This document shows positions 21,674 through 29,587 of a stretch of DNA of 64,000 nt, piece after piece. The stretch lies in the NCBI GenBank assembly GCA_965203175.1, contig OZ241867.1, positions 3,584,001 to 3,648,000 on the forward strand. The letters are read 5' to 3'. The notes under the pieces are model-generated. The model did not search any database, was not told the origin of the DNA, and saw only the letters and a program-made list of their open reading frames with translations. The position numbers were made by a program, and so were the translations under genes. This stretch comes from Candidatus Latescibacterota bacterium (GTDB lineage: Bacteria; Latescibacterota; UBA2968; UBA8231). Positions within the stretch are counted from its first letter, which is position 1. Each line of letters opens with the position of its first letter.

Positions 21674-24466
21674 TTACCGCAGCAGGATGAGCTTGCGCGT
21701 CAAAACGCCTTCGGCTGATACCAGCCGATACAGATAGACGCCGCTGGCCAACAGGCGGCCCTCGCTGTCGCGGCCATCCCAAGCTAGCCGGTGGCGACCT
21801 GCTTGCCGCAGTTCTGTATTCAAGACCGCGATTCGTTGCCCTGACAGCGTGAAGACCTCTAAGCGCATCGGACCGGGGGTGAGCAGAAAGTAGGAGAACA
21901 CGGTCTGGCTGTTGAAGGGATTGGGCGCGTTCTGATACAATTGCGCGCCTTTCGGTAGGCCGATTAGTTCCTGTGCCAGCGCGAAGAGTTGATTCCGCTC
22001 CGACTCGTCAGCCGCCTCAGCGAAGAGGAAGAAGTCGGCGAAATCCACCGTGCCGTTGGCGTCGAGATCAAAGCGGAGGTCGCTGCTGCCGAAGGCATCG
22101 GCGAACAGGGAAAAGTCGGTGAGTGTATCGTTGATGAGCGTGGCGATAGGCGGCCTTCCTAACGCATTAAAGATTTCTGCAACAAGTCCAGTGGCAGATA
22201 CCCGAACTATGTTGGTTCCCGGGTCTGGACCGAGTGTGAGCGCACTCTGTGCTCGGCCGTTGGCATCGGTGGTTGTATTGTCAACCGTTAGCGTTCCATC
22301 GCCTCGGGTAACAGTAAAGGCGACTTGAACACCTTGTAGGGGGGCACCGTGTTGATCTCTGACTTCGACGACCAATGGATTGGCTAATGGCTCGTTAGTA
22401 GCCCCTTGCTGATGATCGCCTGAGATTTTCACGATCGTCTGCGGACGGGGCTGTGTCCGCTTGGATAGATCCCACAACTTGACTGTGCCGTCGAATGAAG
22501 CCGAAGCGAGCAGTGATCCATCAGGAGCAAAAGACATCGAAGAAACCCAATCCGTATGCCCAACCAGCGTCTCGACCTTTCCGCCGGTGGCGACGTCCAA
22601 TACGCGAACTGTGCCGTCGAATGAAGTCGAAGCGATCCGCGACCCATCGGGGGCAAAAACCATTGAAGAACTCCATTCTGTAAACCTACCCCGCGTTTCG
22701 ACCATTTCGCCGGTGGCGACATCCCATACGCGAACCGTGCCTTCAAGCGGGTCGAAAGTCAGTAGGGTACCGTCGGGAGCAAAGGCCACCGCGTGGACCC
22801 ACCAGCCCGGATGCTCAACTAGCGTCGAAACCATTTCGCCAGTGGCGACGTTCCATACCTTGACTGTGCCGTCGGATGAGGCCGAAGCGATCAGCGACCC
22901 ATCGGGAGCAAAAGCCACCGATTCGACCCAATCCGTATGCCCAATCAGCGTCTCTACATTTTCGCCGGTTTCGATGTCCCAGACGAAGACTCGACCGTCC
23001 CCTGCCCCAGCAGCGAGCAGGGTGCCGTCCGGGGAAAAGGCCACCGCACGGGCTCTATCTCTGTGTATAGCTAACGTCTCTACATTTTCGTCGGTTTCGA
23101 CGTCCCACACGAAGACTCGACCGTCGGATGAACCCGAAGCGAGCAGGGTGCCGTCCGGGGAAAAGGCCACCGCGAGAACTCCCGTATGCCCAACCAGCGT
23201 TGCGACCATTTCGCCAGTAGCGACATCCCACACGAAGGTTAGGCCGTTCACTGTCCCGGAAGCAATCAGCGACCCGTCGGGAGAAAAGGCTACCGCAGCA
23301 ACTCCATACATATGCTCAAGCGTGGCGATATCGCTGCTCACCGTCGCGACATCCCATAGCGTAAAAAACCTCCAAGTAGAATTTCCGTTAGTATCAACCA
23401 CATATACAGAAATCGGATGTACAATAGGCTCGGAAAGACTCGTGCTTACGGCAGAAGGAATGACGCCGTCATAATCGAAGGTAACGACGGCTTCTTTTTC
23501 ACCCGCGAATCCACGCCACTCCTTTACTTCATAATGTCCGGCAGCGAAATGTGGTGGTACTGTTTGAGCGAACAGGATCGCCTGATGAAGCCCCTCTGAA
23601 TCACTGACTTTGAGTTGAACTTGGACGCTCTTTGCATCTGTCGGATAGGTCTGCGGCGAACTGAGCTCGATGGTTGGCCGCCGTATCCATGCTGTATTGA
23701 CATTGGGATTGAAGTAAGGATGCACGGCCAAAAATTCGGCATGGCACATAGATAGAGCGTCCGGTTGACGGCCGTACGACATGATGTACGCATCGTCGCG
23801 GAAGTCGTGCTGCAATCCGAAGGCATGGCCAAGCTCATGTGCAGTCACGACCCAACCACGTTCGCTCGGAACTAAGGCGGTTTCGCTCGGAAATAAGACG
23901 AATCCGCCATTCCACCGATTTGTTCCCACGCCACCCGCCCTCCTGCCCCTCGTACCTATACCTGCTATCCAACTAATGTCAGCAACGATCAAGTAAATGT
24001 TCTCCTCGATATCAAACGACTGTTCAACCTCGTCTAGCACAGTCCCGACTGTGTCGTCAAAATAGTGGGTTTGCGGGTATTGACCATCCACGCGGTGAAC
24101 GAGCGGTTCGCCCTCGGCGTCGGTTTCAAAGCGGAAGGTTGTGTTTCCAAGGCCATGCGCCTGCATCTGCTCGGCATAAAAGGTCTGAACTTGGCGAATC
24201 GTCGCTTTCATCGAATCGATCACGGACGCGCGAAATGGGCGGTCGTTAGGCAAGAAGTAAATCATCCGCACGGTGCGAGGTTCGCCAACGTCCAGACCAG
24301 TCGGCTTGCCAGCAGCGTAGGTAGTGCCGCGCTCGCGCTCGTAATCGAAGGGCAAACAGAAATGCACCTCATCCGACGACGAGGGAGAAGCATAGCTGAC
24401 GGTCGCCGACGATAAGAACAGACCGAGCGACGCGAAAAAGGCGAGCGGAAAAATGGGATTTTTCAT
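21674..24466 (-). CDS. Secreted zinc metalloprotease-WD40-Ig-like-EF-hand/dockerin-like-T9SS/FlgD CTD protein
   Basis: Signal peptide; HELGHAFGLQH zincin motif; 7 WD40 repeats; ISGDHQQG...PLVVEVRD Big-like domain; DLDANGTVDFADF; QNAPNPFN...GVYLYRL C-terminal domain. Confidence 0.85.
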   Translation of the reverse strand: MKNPIFPLAFFASLGLFLSSATVSYASPSSSDEVHFCLPFDYERERGTTYAAGKPTGLDVGEPRTVRMIYFLPNDRPFRASVIDSMKATIRQVQTFYAEQMQAHGLGNTTFRFETDAEGEPLVHRVDGQYPQTHYFDDTVGTVLDEVEQSFDIEENIYLIVADISWIAGIGTRGRRAGGVGTNRWNGGFVLFPSETALVPSERGWVVTAHELGHAFGLQHDFRDDAYIMSYGRQPDALSMCHAEFLAVHPYFNPNVNTAWIRRPTIELSSPQTYPTDAKSVQVQLKVSDSEGLHQAILFAQTVPPHFAAGHYEVKEWRGFAGEKEAVVTFDYDGVIPSAVSTSLSEPIVHPISVYVVDTNGNSTWRFFTLWDVATVSSDIATLEHMYGVAAVAFSPDGSLIASGTVNGLTFVWDVATGEMVATLVGHTGVLAVAFSPDGTLLASGSSDGRVFVWDVETDENVETLAIHRDRARAVAFSPDGTLLAAGAGDGRVFVWDIETGENVETLIGHTDWVESVAFAPDGSLIASASSDGTVKVWNVATGEMVSTLVEHPGWWVHAVAFAPDGTLLTFDPLEGTVRVWDVATGEMVETRGRFTEWSSSMVFAPDGSRIASTSFDGTVRVLDVATGGKVETLVGHTDWVSSMSFAPDGSLLASASFDGTVKLWDLSKRTQPRPQTIVKISGDHQQGATNEPLANPLVVEVRDQHGAPLQGVQVAFTVTRGDGTLTVDNTTTDANGRAQSALTLGPDPGTNIVRVSATGLVAEIFNALGRPPIATLINDTLTDFSLFADAFGSSDLRFDLDANGTVDFADFFLFAEAADESERNQLFALAQELIGLPKGAQLYQNAPNPFNSQTVFSYFLLTPGPMRLEVFTLSGQRIAVLNTELRQAGRHRLAWDGRDSEGRLLASGVYLYRLVSAEGVLTRKLILLR
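22465..23330 (-). repeat. Seven tandem WD40 repeats (about 120-129 bp each)
   Basis: Repeating (A/V)F(S/A)PDG(S/T)L(I/L)AS...DG.V.VWD, also similar at DNA level. Confidence 0.9.
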
Positions 24467-24654
24467 TGGTTGAAGCCCGTTTGTTACGAGTGATGATCGT
24501 GCAGGGATGGCCTCCACCGGATCGCCTGCGACTCCCAAGGGGCGAGTCGGTGGTGGACTTTGGCCCTTGTGCAGACTCTCTCAAAGGGGAGTGGTTCCTG
24601 TGGCTCCCTACGGGACTGCTGGCTATGTCCGGGATTGCTTATAACCGCTGAAAA

Positions 24655-25902
24655 TCAGCGATACAGTTGGCCGTGGTCGTCAAACGCCATCTCGGCCAGC
24701 GCGCCGGTTTGCTCTAGGTCGGGATGGTCGCCGAACTCTCGCAGCAGGCTGGCGGATAGGTGGATGTGGCCGATGTCGAGGGTGTTTTTGATACGGACGA
24801 CGCGCGCCTGTTCAGGGCGGGCGAGGTTTTGCACCGAGAGCGCGGCCTCAATGGCCGCGCTCTCGGTTTCCATGACGACGGGGATGTACGCGCGATTGAG
24901 GAAGGTGGAGGTGAACACATTGGCGTACGTGGACTTGAAGTCGATGCGCTCGTACAGGCGGCGGGTGATGATGTCGGCGAGGCCGACGCCGTTGGCGTTG
25001 CCGTGGGTTTCGTCGGTTAGGTCGAGCACCACGATCCGGGCCACGCCCGGGGACTCCGGCTCTTTGACGCCGGGCAGGAGCATGCGGCCGACGACGTTGG
25101 TGTCCATGCCCGTGCCCGAAATATTCTTGCCGATTTGTTCGATGATCAGCAGGTCAATGCCTTGGACGAAGAGGCGGGGCATGGAGCGCCGCGCTTCCTC
25201 CAAAAGCTGCGGCTCGCGGCTTTGGAACTGACCGGGTTGCAGGGCCTCGACGCGGAGGGTCTCTTCATAGGCATTTTCGACGAGGGCCACACCCATGAGG
25301 ATCGGCGCTTTGTCGAGGATGCAGCGGCCCCAAGCCGGGATCAGGCGGGCGAGGCTTTCGGCACCTCCGGCGTGGGCGATGGTCGCGCCTTTGTGGCTGC
25401 CTAGGCCAATGGTCATCATCTTCATCAGACCGCTTTCAAAGGGGCCGCGAAAGGAAGTGTGCGGCTTGATGCGGTTGATGAGTACCACGCCATCGGCTTC
25501 GGTGGCGAGCCGGTTGAGCAGCACGGGGGTGCCGTCGTCGAGTTGGGCGACCTCGATGACGTCCATGGTCGCCTCGACCGGGCAGCCCATGCTCTCGGCG
25601 TCGAGACCGTAACCGGCTAGCACCTGCTTTTGGCCTTCGGCGGTAGCGCCGCCGTGACTGCCCATAGCCGGCAGCAGGAAGGGCTTGCCGCCGGCCTCTT
25701 TGACGCAGTCGATGACCGTGCGGGTGATGAGCGGGATATTGGCGATGCCGCGGCTGCCGCCCGTAACGGCGATCCGCGCGCCGGGAGCGATGGCATCGGC
25801 TAGGCCGGCACTCGCTAGCTGACGGCGGACTTCGCCGGCCACGTCGGCGAGCGAGTCGCTGGCAAAGTGCTGCTTGACGGGGGCCATTTGCGGTAGTTGC
25901 AC
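24655..25902 (-). CDS. LarA-like (lactate racemase N-domain / DUF362-like) protein
   Basis: GSRGIANI, PAMGSHGGATAEGQ, NRIKPHTSF, ESGLMKM, GKNISGTGMD. Confidence 0.8.
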   Translation of the reverse strand: MQLPQMAPVKQHFASDSLADVAGEVRRQLASAGLADAIAPGARIAVTGGSRGIANIPLITRTVIDCVKEAGGKPFLLPAMGSHGGATAEGQKQVLAGYGLDAESMGCPVEATMDVIEVAQLDDGTPVLLNRLATEADGVVLINRIKPHTSFRGPFESGLMKMMTIGLGSHKGATIAHAGGAESLARLIPAWGRCILDKAPILMGVALVENAYEETLRVEALQPGQFQSREPQLLEEARRSMPRLFVQGIDLLIIEQIGKNISGTGMDTNVVGRMLLPGVKEPESPGVARIVVLDLTDETHGNANGVGLADIITRRLYERIDFKSTYANVFTSTFLNRAYIPVVMETESAAIEAALSVQNLARPEQARVVRIKNTLDIGHIHLSASLLREFGDHPDLEQTGALAEMAFDDHGQLYR

Positions 25903-25913
25903 AGTAGGTACCT

Positions 25914-26483
25914 CTAGGCTTGGCCGACTAGGGCGGTGCGCAGGCGCTGGGCGCGCTCGAGAATCGGCAGGGCCGGTTTGGGCACCGGCTCGGTAGCCGG
26001 GGCGATTTTCCAGATAAAGACGACCGGGCCTTCTTCCGCAAAGTGCTGGTCGAGCTTGGCGTCGAAATCGTCGTCGGTGTCGATGGTATAGACGCGCTGA
26101 AGGCCGGCCCCACGGCAGATTTGCTCGTAGTCGATAAAGGCGGCACCGGGCACGGGCTGACTGCCGGTGACTTCGTACGTGCCGTTTTCCGTGATGATGA
26201 AGGTTAGATTGGGGGCCGGACGCTGGGCCAAGGTGACGAGGACGCCCAGCGACATCAGGGTGCTGCCGTCGCCGTTAATGCACAAGACCCGGCGCTCGGG
26301 CTGGGCAATGGCCAAGCCCAGCGCAAAGTCGGCGGCGTGGCCCATGGCGCTTTCGACGTGGGCAAAGTCTAGCGGGCCGTCGGAGTGCGCGGCCCAAGGC
26401 ATGGCCACGCTCATGGTGGTGACCACGACTTCGTCCGTGCGCTTGGCGGCTAGTTTTTCGAGGCAGGTGTATTTGTCGAGCAT
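25914..26483 (-). CDS. ThDP-dependent decarboxylase beta subunit (ComE / phosphonopyruvate decarboxylase-like)
   Basis: SAMGHA, ThDP motif GDGS...ENGTY, TGSQP. Confidence 0.85.
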   Translation of the reverse strand: MLDKYTCLEKLAAKRTDEVVVTTMSVAMPWAAHSDGPLDFAHVESAMGHAADFALGLAIAQPERRVLCINGDGSTLMSLGVLVTLAQRPAPNLTFIITENGTYEVTGSQPVPGAAFIDYEQICRGAGLQRVYTIDTDDDFDAKLDQHFAEEGPVVFIWKIAPATEPVPKPALPILERAQRLRTALVGQA

Positions 26484-26484
26484 C

Positions 26485-26979
26485 TTATGCAGTCTCCGCG
26501 ACCAGCAGCACAGCGGTTGGCAGCGAGGTCTCTTGGGCCTTGGCGAACGCGGCGTCAAGCTGGCCGCAGTCGTCGTCGGTGTGCATGGCGGTGTAGGGGA
26601 TGTTCCAAGCCTTGAGCGTTGGCTCGAAGAAGGTGGCGGCCGTATCGACGCGGGGGGCACCTGGGGTCATGGTTGCGTAGCCGCGGTAGCCGACGAGCAT
26701 GACGAGGGGAATGCCCATGTTGTAGGCCGTGCCGCGCAAGGCGTCGCCGGCCTCCAAAAAGCCCGTATTCTGGATCAGCACCAGCGGATGGGCACCGCCC
26801 AAATACAGGCCGGAGGCCAAGCCGTACGCCTCGCCTTCGCGGCTGGTGAGGATTACTTCGATGGTGTCGTGGTCCCACAGGCGCTCGTACAGGACGCACG
26901 AGCCATTGTCCGGGACTCCTAATACGTGCGTAATGCCGTGTCGTTCGAGGGCGGCGATGATCTTGGCGGCGCTGATCAC
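26485..26979 (-). CDS. ThDP-dependent decarboxylase alpha subunit (ComD-like)
   Basis: GITHVLGVPD, catalytic REGEA, QNTG, VGYRG, EPTLKAWNIPY. Confidence 0.85.
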   Translation of the reverse strand: MISAAKIIAALERHGITHVLGVPDNGSCVLYERLWDHDTIEVILTSREGEAYGLASGLYLGGAHPLVLIQNTGFLEAGDALRGTAYNMGIPLVMLVGYRGYATMTPGAPRVDTAATFFEPTLKAWNIPYTAMHTDDDCGQLDAAFAKAQETSLPTAVLLVAETA

Positions 26980-26983
26980 GGGA

Positions 26984-28180
26984 CTACTCGGCGAAGATCG
27001 CACGGGTGGCGATGCCGCTCTGATGGCCTTCCTGTTGGATGCCGCCGATAAACTGAGCGGTGCGGCCAGCCGGGGCAGTGCCGGCGTAGTACGCGCTGAA
27101 GGACTCGTTGAAGGCGACCAATCCAGCGCGATTTTGCGCGGAGTCGGGACCGGCGACGATGTACGCGTTGTTGAAGACGCCGTCCTCTTTGAGACCTGCG
27201 CCTCCGGCTTCCTTGATCCGGGCATCGAGCGTGCCGAGCTGTTGGCCGGCGTCGCTGCCGCCGACGGCTGAGACGTGGACTTCGCGCACGCCGTGATGGC
27301 GCAAGCCCGCCCAAGTCGAGAAACCGTCTTCGGTCTGCTCCGAGCGCACGATTTCGACTTCGCCGGAGACCACGCGCGGCTGCGGCTCGACGATGCCGTC
27401 GAGGTTGGGGATCCGCGACACCGGGTAAATCAGGCCGGCGGGCCGGTCGTCGCCGTAGTAGTCCGCAAAGACTTGGCGAGTGGTCTCGATGCGCTCCCAA
27501 GTTTTGTCTGGCGCGTCGTCCACGGCCACGAGGATCTCCATAAATACGGTCTGCTTTTTGAAGTCAACGCCTTGCTCGGCAAAGGGCTTGGCGTATTGCT
27601 CTTCGAGGACGAAGCACATTTCTTCGGCTAGGTCGTCGCCGAGCGTGGTGATCATTTCGCCGTCCCGCTGGTGCATGACCGAGGCACCCGAAGGCTGGTG
27701 ATCGACCCAAGTGCCGTAGTCGATTGTGCCACCGCTGATGGAGATGGTCTCGCCAGCACAGGCTTTGATCTGGATCTCGAAGAGGGCCGCTGGGTCTGGG
27801 AAGCCTTCCGGGTGAGTAAAGCGGGCCATGCGGTTGGAACGCATGGGGCCGCCGGTGACGGCTGCGATCATGGCTCCGTAGCAGGCGTTGAAGTCGTTTT
27901 TGCGCTGGTCGCACTCGTCGCGGTCCGCAGAAGGGGTGGTCCACAGGACGTCGGTCTTGTACACGTCGGACCAATGGACGCCGCAAATTTCGAGGCCCTT
28001 GTTGAGGTTTTCAATGGTGCCGAACCACTCCGAGCCAACGTCGTTGGCGTATTGGGTGCCGACGTTGCCCGAAGGCTCGACTAGGCGCACGACGTGGCCA
28101 TTGTCGTCGGTGATGATCACTTCGGTGGGGTTGGAAAAAATGGCGATGGGGTTGTGGCGAACGATATTGACTTGGGCCAT
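26984..28180 (-). CDS. Hypothetical protein with three tandem Rid/YjgF-like domains
   Basis: Start ATG 28180 with SD GAGGAG; 398 aa made of three ~130-aa units with Rid-like patterns (TIENL..GL...G..WSDV.K, FN..Y, LFEI). Confidence 0.6.
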   Translation of the reverse strand: MAQVNIVRHNPIAIFSNPTEVIITDDNGHVVRLVEPSGNVGTQYANDVGSEWFGTIENLNKGLEICGVHWSDVYKTDVLWTTPSADRDECDQRKNDFNACYGAMIAAVTGGPMRSNRMARFTHPEGFPDPAALFEIQIKACAGETISISGGTIDYGTWVDHQPSGASVMHQRDGEMITTLGDDLAEEMCFVLEEQYAKPFAEQGVDFKKQTVFMEILVAVDDAPDKTWERIETTRQVFADYYGDDRPAGLIYPVSRIPNLDGIVEPQPRVVSGEVEIVRSEQTEDGFSTWAGLRHHGVREVHVSAVGGSDAGQQLGTLDARIKEAGGAGLKEDGVFNNAYIVAGPDSAQNRAGLVAFNESFSAYYAGTAPAGRTAQFIGGIQQEGHQSGIATRAIFAE

Positions 28181-28271
28181 GAGCTCCTCGGTCGATTTTG
28201 TGAAAGGTTGCCGCGAATTATATTGCAAAAAAATAGGCGGTCTGCCGACAATAGACAATAGGGAGGGGCAG

Positions 28272-28952
28272 ATGTCCACCTGCGCCGTGCTCTTTGCCAA
28301 AAAACCAGCCCCTGGAGCGGTCAAAACCCGACTCCAGAGCCATTTGAGTGCCCATGACGCCGCGCGTCTGTACGAGGCCCTGCTGCTGGATTGCGCCACT
28401 GTGCTGCACGCGACAACGGCCGCCGTCAAAGTTGTGGCCTTTGCCCCGGCTGATGCCGAAGAAGCCCTGCGCACCTTGTTGACTCCGATCGGCGTCTTCG
28501 AGTACGTGCCGCAGTTAGGAGCCGATTTAGGACAGCGGATGGAGGGCCTGATGCAGTGGGCCTTTGCGCGGGGGGCCGAGCGGGTGGTTCTCGTCGGCTC
28601 GGACAGCCCTTCTCTGCCGGTCGCGTACATCGACGAAGGGCTGGCGCTCTTGCGCGAGAAGGAAGTGGTCTTGGGTCCGAGCATGGACGGCGGCTATTAC
28701 TTGGTGGGCCGACGCAAAGGGGAGAGCCGGATATTCCAAGATGTGGCTTGGAGCACTGGGATGGTGCTCGAGCAAACCCTAGCGCGCTTGGGGACGCAAA
28801 CGCTCGGCCTGCTGCCGCCTTGGTACGATGTGGATACGCCGGCGGAGGCCGGGTTCCTAAAGGTGCATCTCGAAGCCTTGGCGCGGGCGGGCAGTACCCA
28901 AGGGCAGCATAGCTTGGCCGTGCTGCGCGACCTCGCGCTGCCGCTGCCCTAG
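28272..28952 (+). CDS. DUF2064 / TIGR04282 CofC-like glycosyltransferase-fold protein
   Basis: FAKKPAPGAVKTRL, QLGADLGQRM, VGSDSP, LGPSMDGGYYL, WYDVDT. Confidence 0.88.
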   Translation: MSTCAVLFAKKPAPGAVKTRLQSHLSAHDAARLYEALLLDCATVLHATTAAVKVVAFAPADAEEALRTLLTPIGVFEYVPQLGADLGQRMEGLMQWAFARGAERVVLVGSDSPSLPVAYIDEGLALLREKEVVLGPSMDGGYYLVGRRKGESRIFQDVAWSTGMVLEQTLARLGTQTLGLLPPWYDVDTPAEAGFLKVHLEALARAGSTQGQHSLAVLRDLALPLP

Positions 28953-29587
28953 CGGTCGGCTTTCTTGCGGAACAAGGCTTCCCAGTGATCTAGTTCGCTG
29001 GGGTTGAGTGGTGGGTGAGATTCGGTGCCGTCGCGGTCAGTCGCAGTCGGCTCCTCGTCGGCTTTCTTGCGGAATAAGGTTTCCCAGTGATCTAGTTCGC
29101 CCGGATCTAAGGACGGATCGGCTTCGGTACCGTCGCGGTCGGGCGCAGGCGCGGGCGCGCTCGATGCCTGTACAGGTTCTGTAAGTTCCTCGATAAAATC
29201 CTCAGAACAGGTCGAGCGGATCTTGTGGCGCGCTGCGCTGCGCTGGACTGCGCGGTCCGAGCTGATGACCCGCAGCCACTTGGCACCGTGTTTTTTTTTG
29301 ACCGCCTGGGCGATTAGGTCATCGGCCTGCTGAGGGTAGCGCGAGAATTCTATGGTGACGTGTGGGCTGCTTGCACTCGCTGCGTTCGGCGATTCGCCAG
29401 TGCCGTCGTAGTACAGGGTAATGTGCTTGTCAGCGCGGCGGCTGTAGGCAGCGAGTGCCTGCTGCAAGCGGCCGCGCGCTCGTTCCAGCGTGTCGCCCCG
29501 GCCTTGGAAAAGCTGGCTCGCTTTGATGAGGTTGTAGCCGTCTATGAGCAGGTGTTCTTTCTTTGCCGACACCGCTGCCGTCCTCAC
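28949..29587 (-). CDS. YacP-like NYN-domain ribonuclease
   Basis: LLIDGYNL, YYDG, ADDLI, VISSDR acidic PIN/NYN motifs. Confidence 0.85.
   Translation of the reverse strand: MRTAAVSAKKEHLLIDGYNLIKASQLFQGRGDTLERARGRLQQALAAYSRRADKHITLYYDGTGESPNAASASSPHVTIEFSRYPQQADDLIAQAVKKKHGAKWLRVISSDRAVQRSAARHKIRSTCSEDFIEELTEPVQASSAPAPAPDRDGTEADPSLDPGELDHWETLFRKKADEEPTATDRDGTESHPPLNPSELDHWEALFRKKADR
28955..29140. repeat. 102-bp-period tandem duplication in the NYN C-terminus
   Basis: Two near-identical copies starting at 28955 and 29057 encode DRDGTE...ELDHWE.LFRKKAD. Confidence 0.9.

Noticed and set aside
22461-23474. 337-aa plus-strand repetitive ORF
   Set aside because: Antisense shadow of the WD40 repeats.
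27888-28684. Long N-terminal extensions of the 566-aa and 354-aa ORFs
   Set aside because: They overlap the divergent partner gene; SD-supported starts are at 28180 (-) and 28272 (+).
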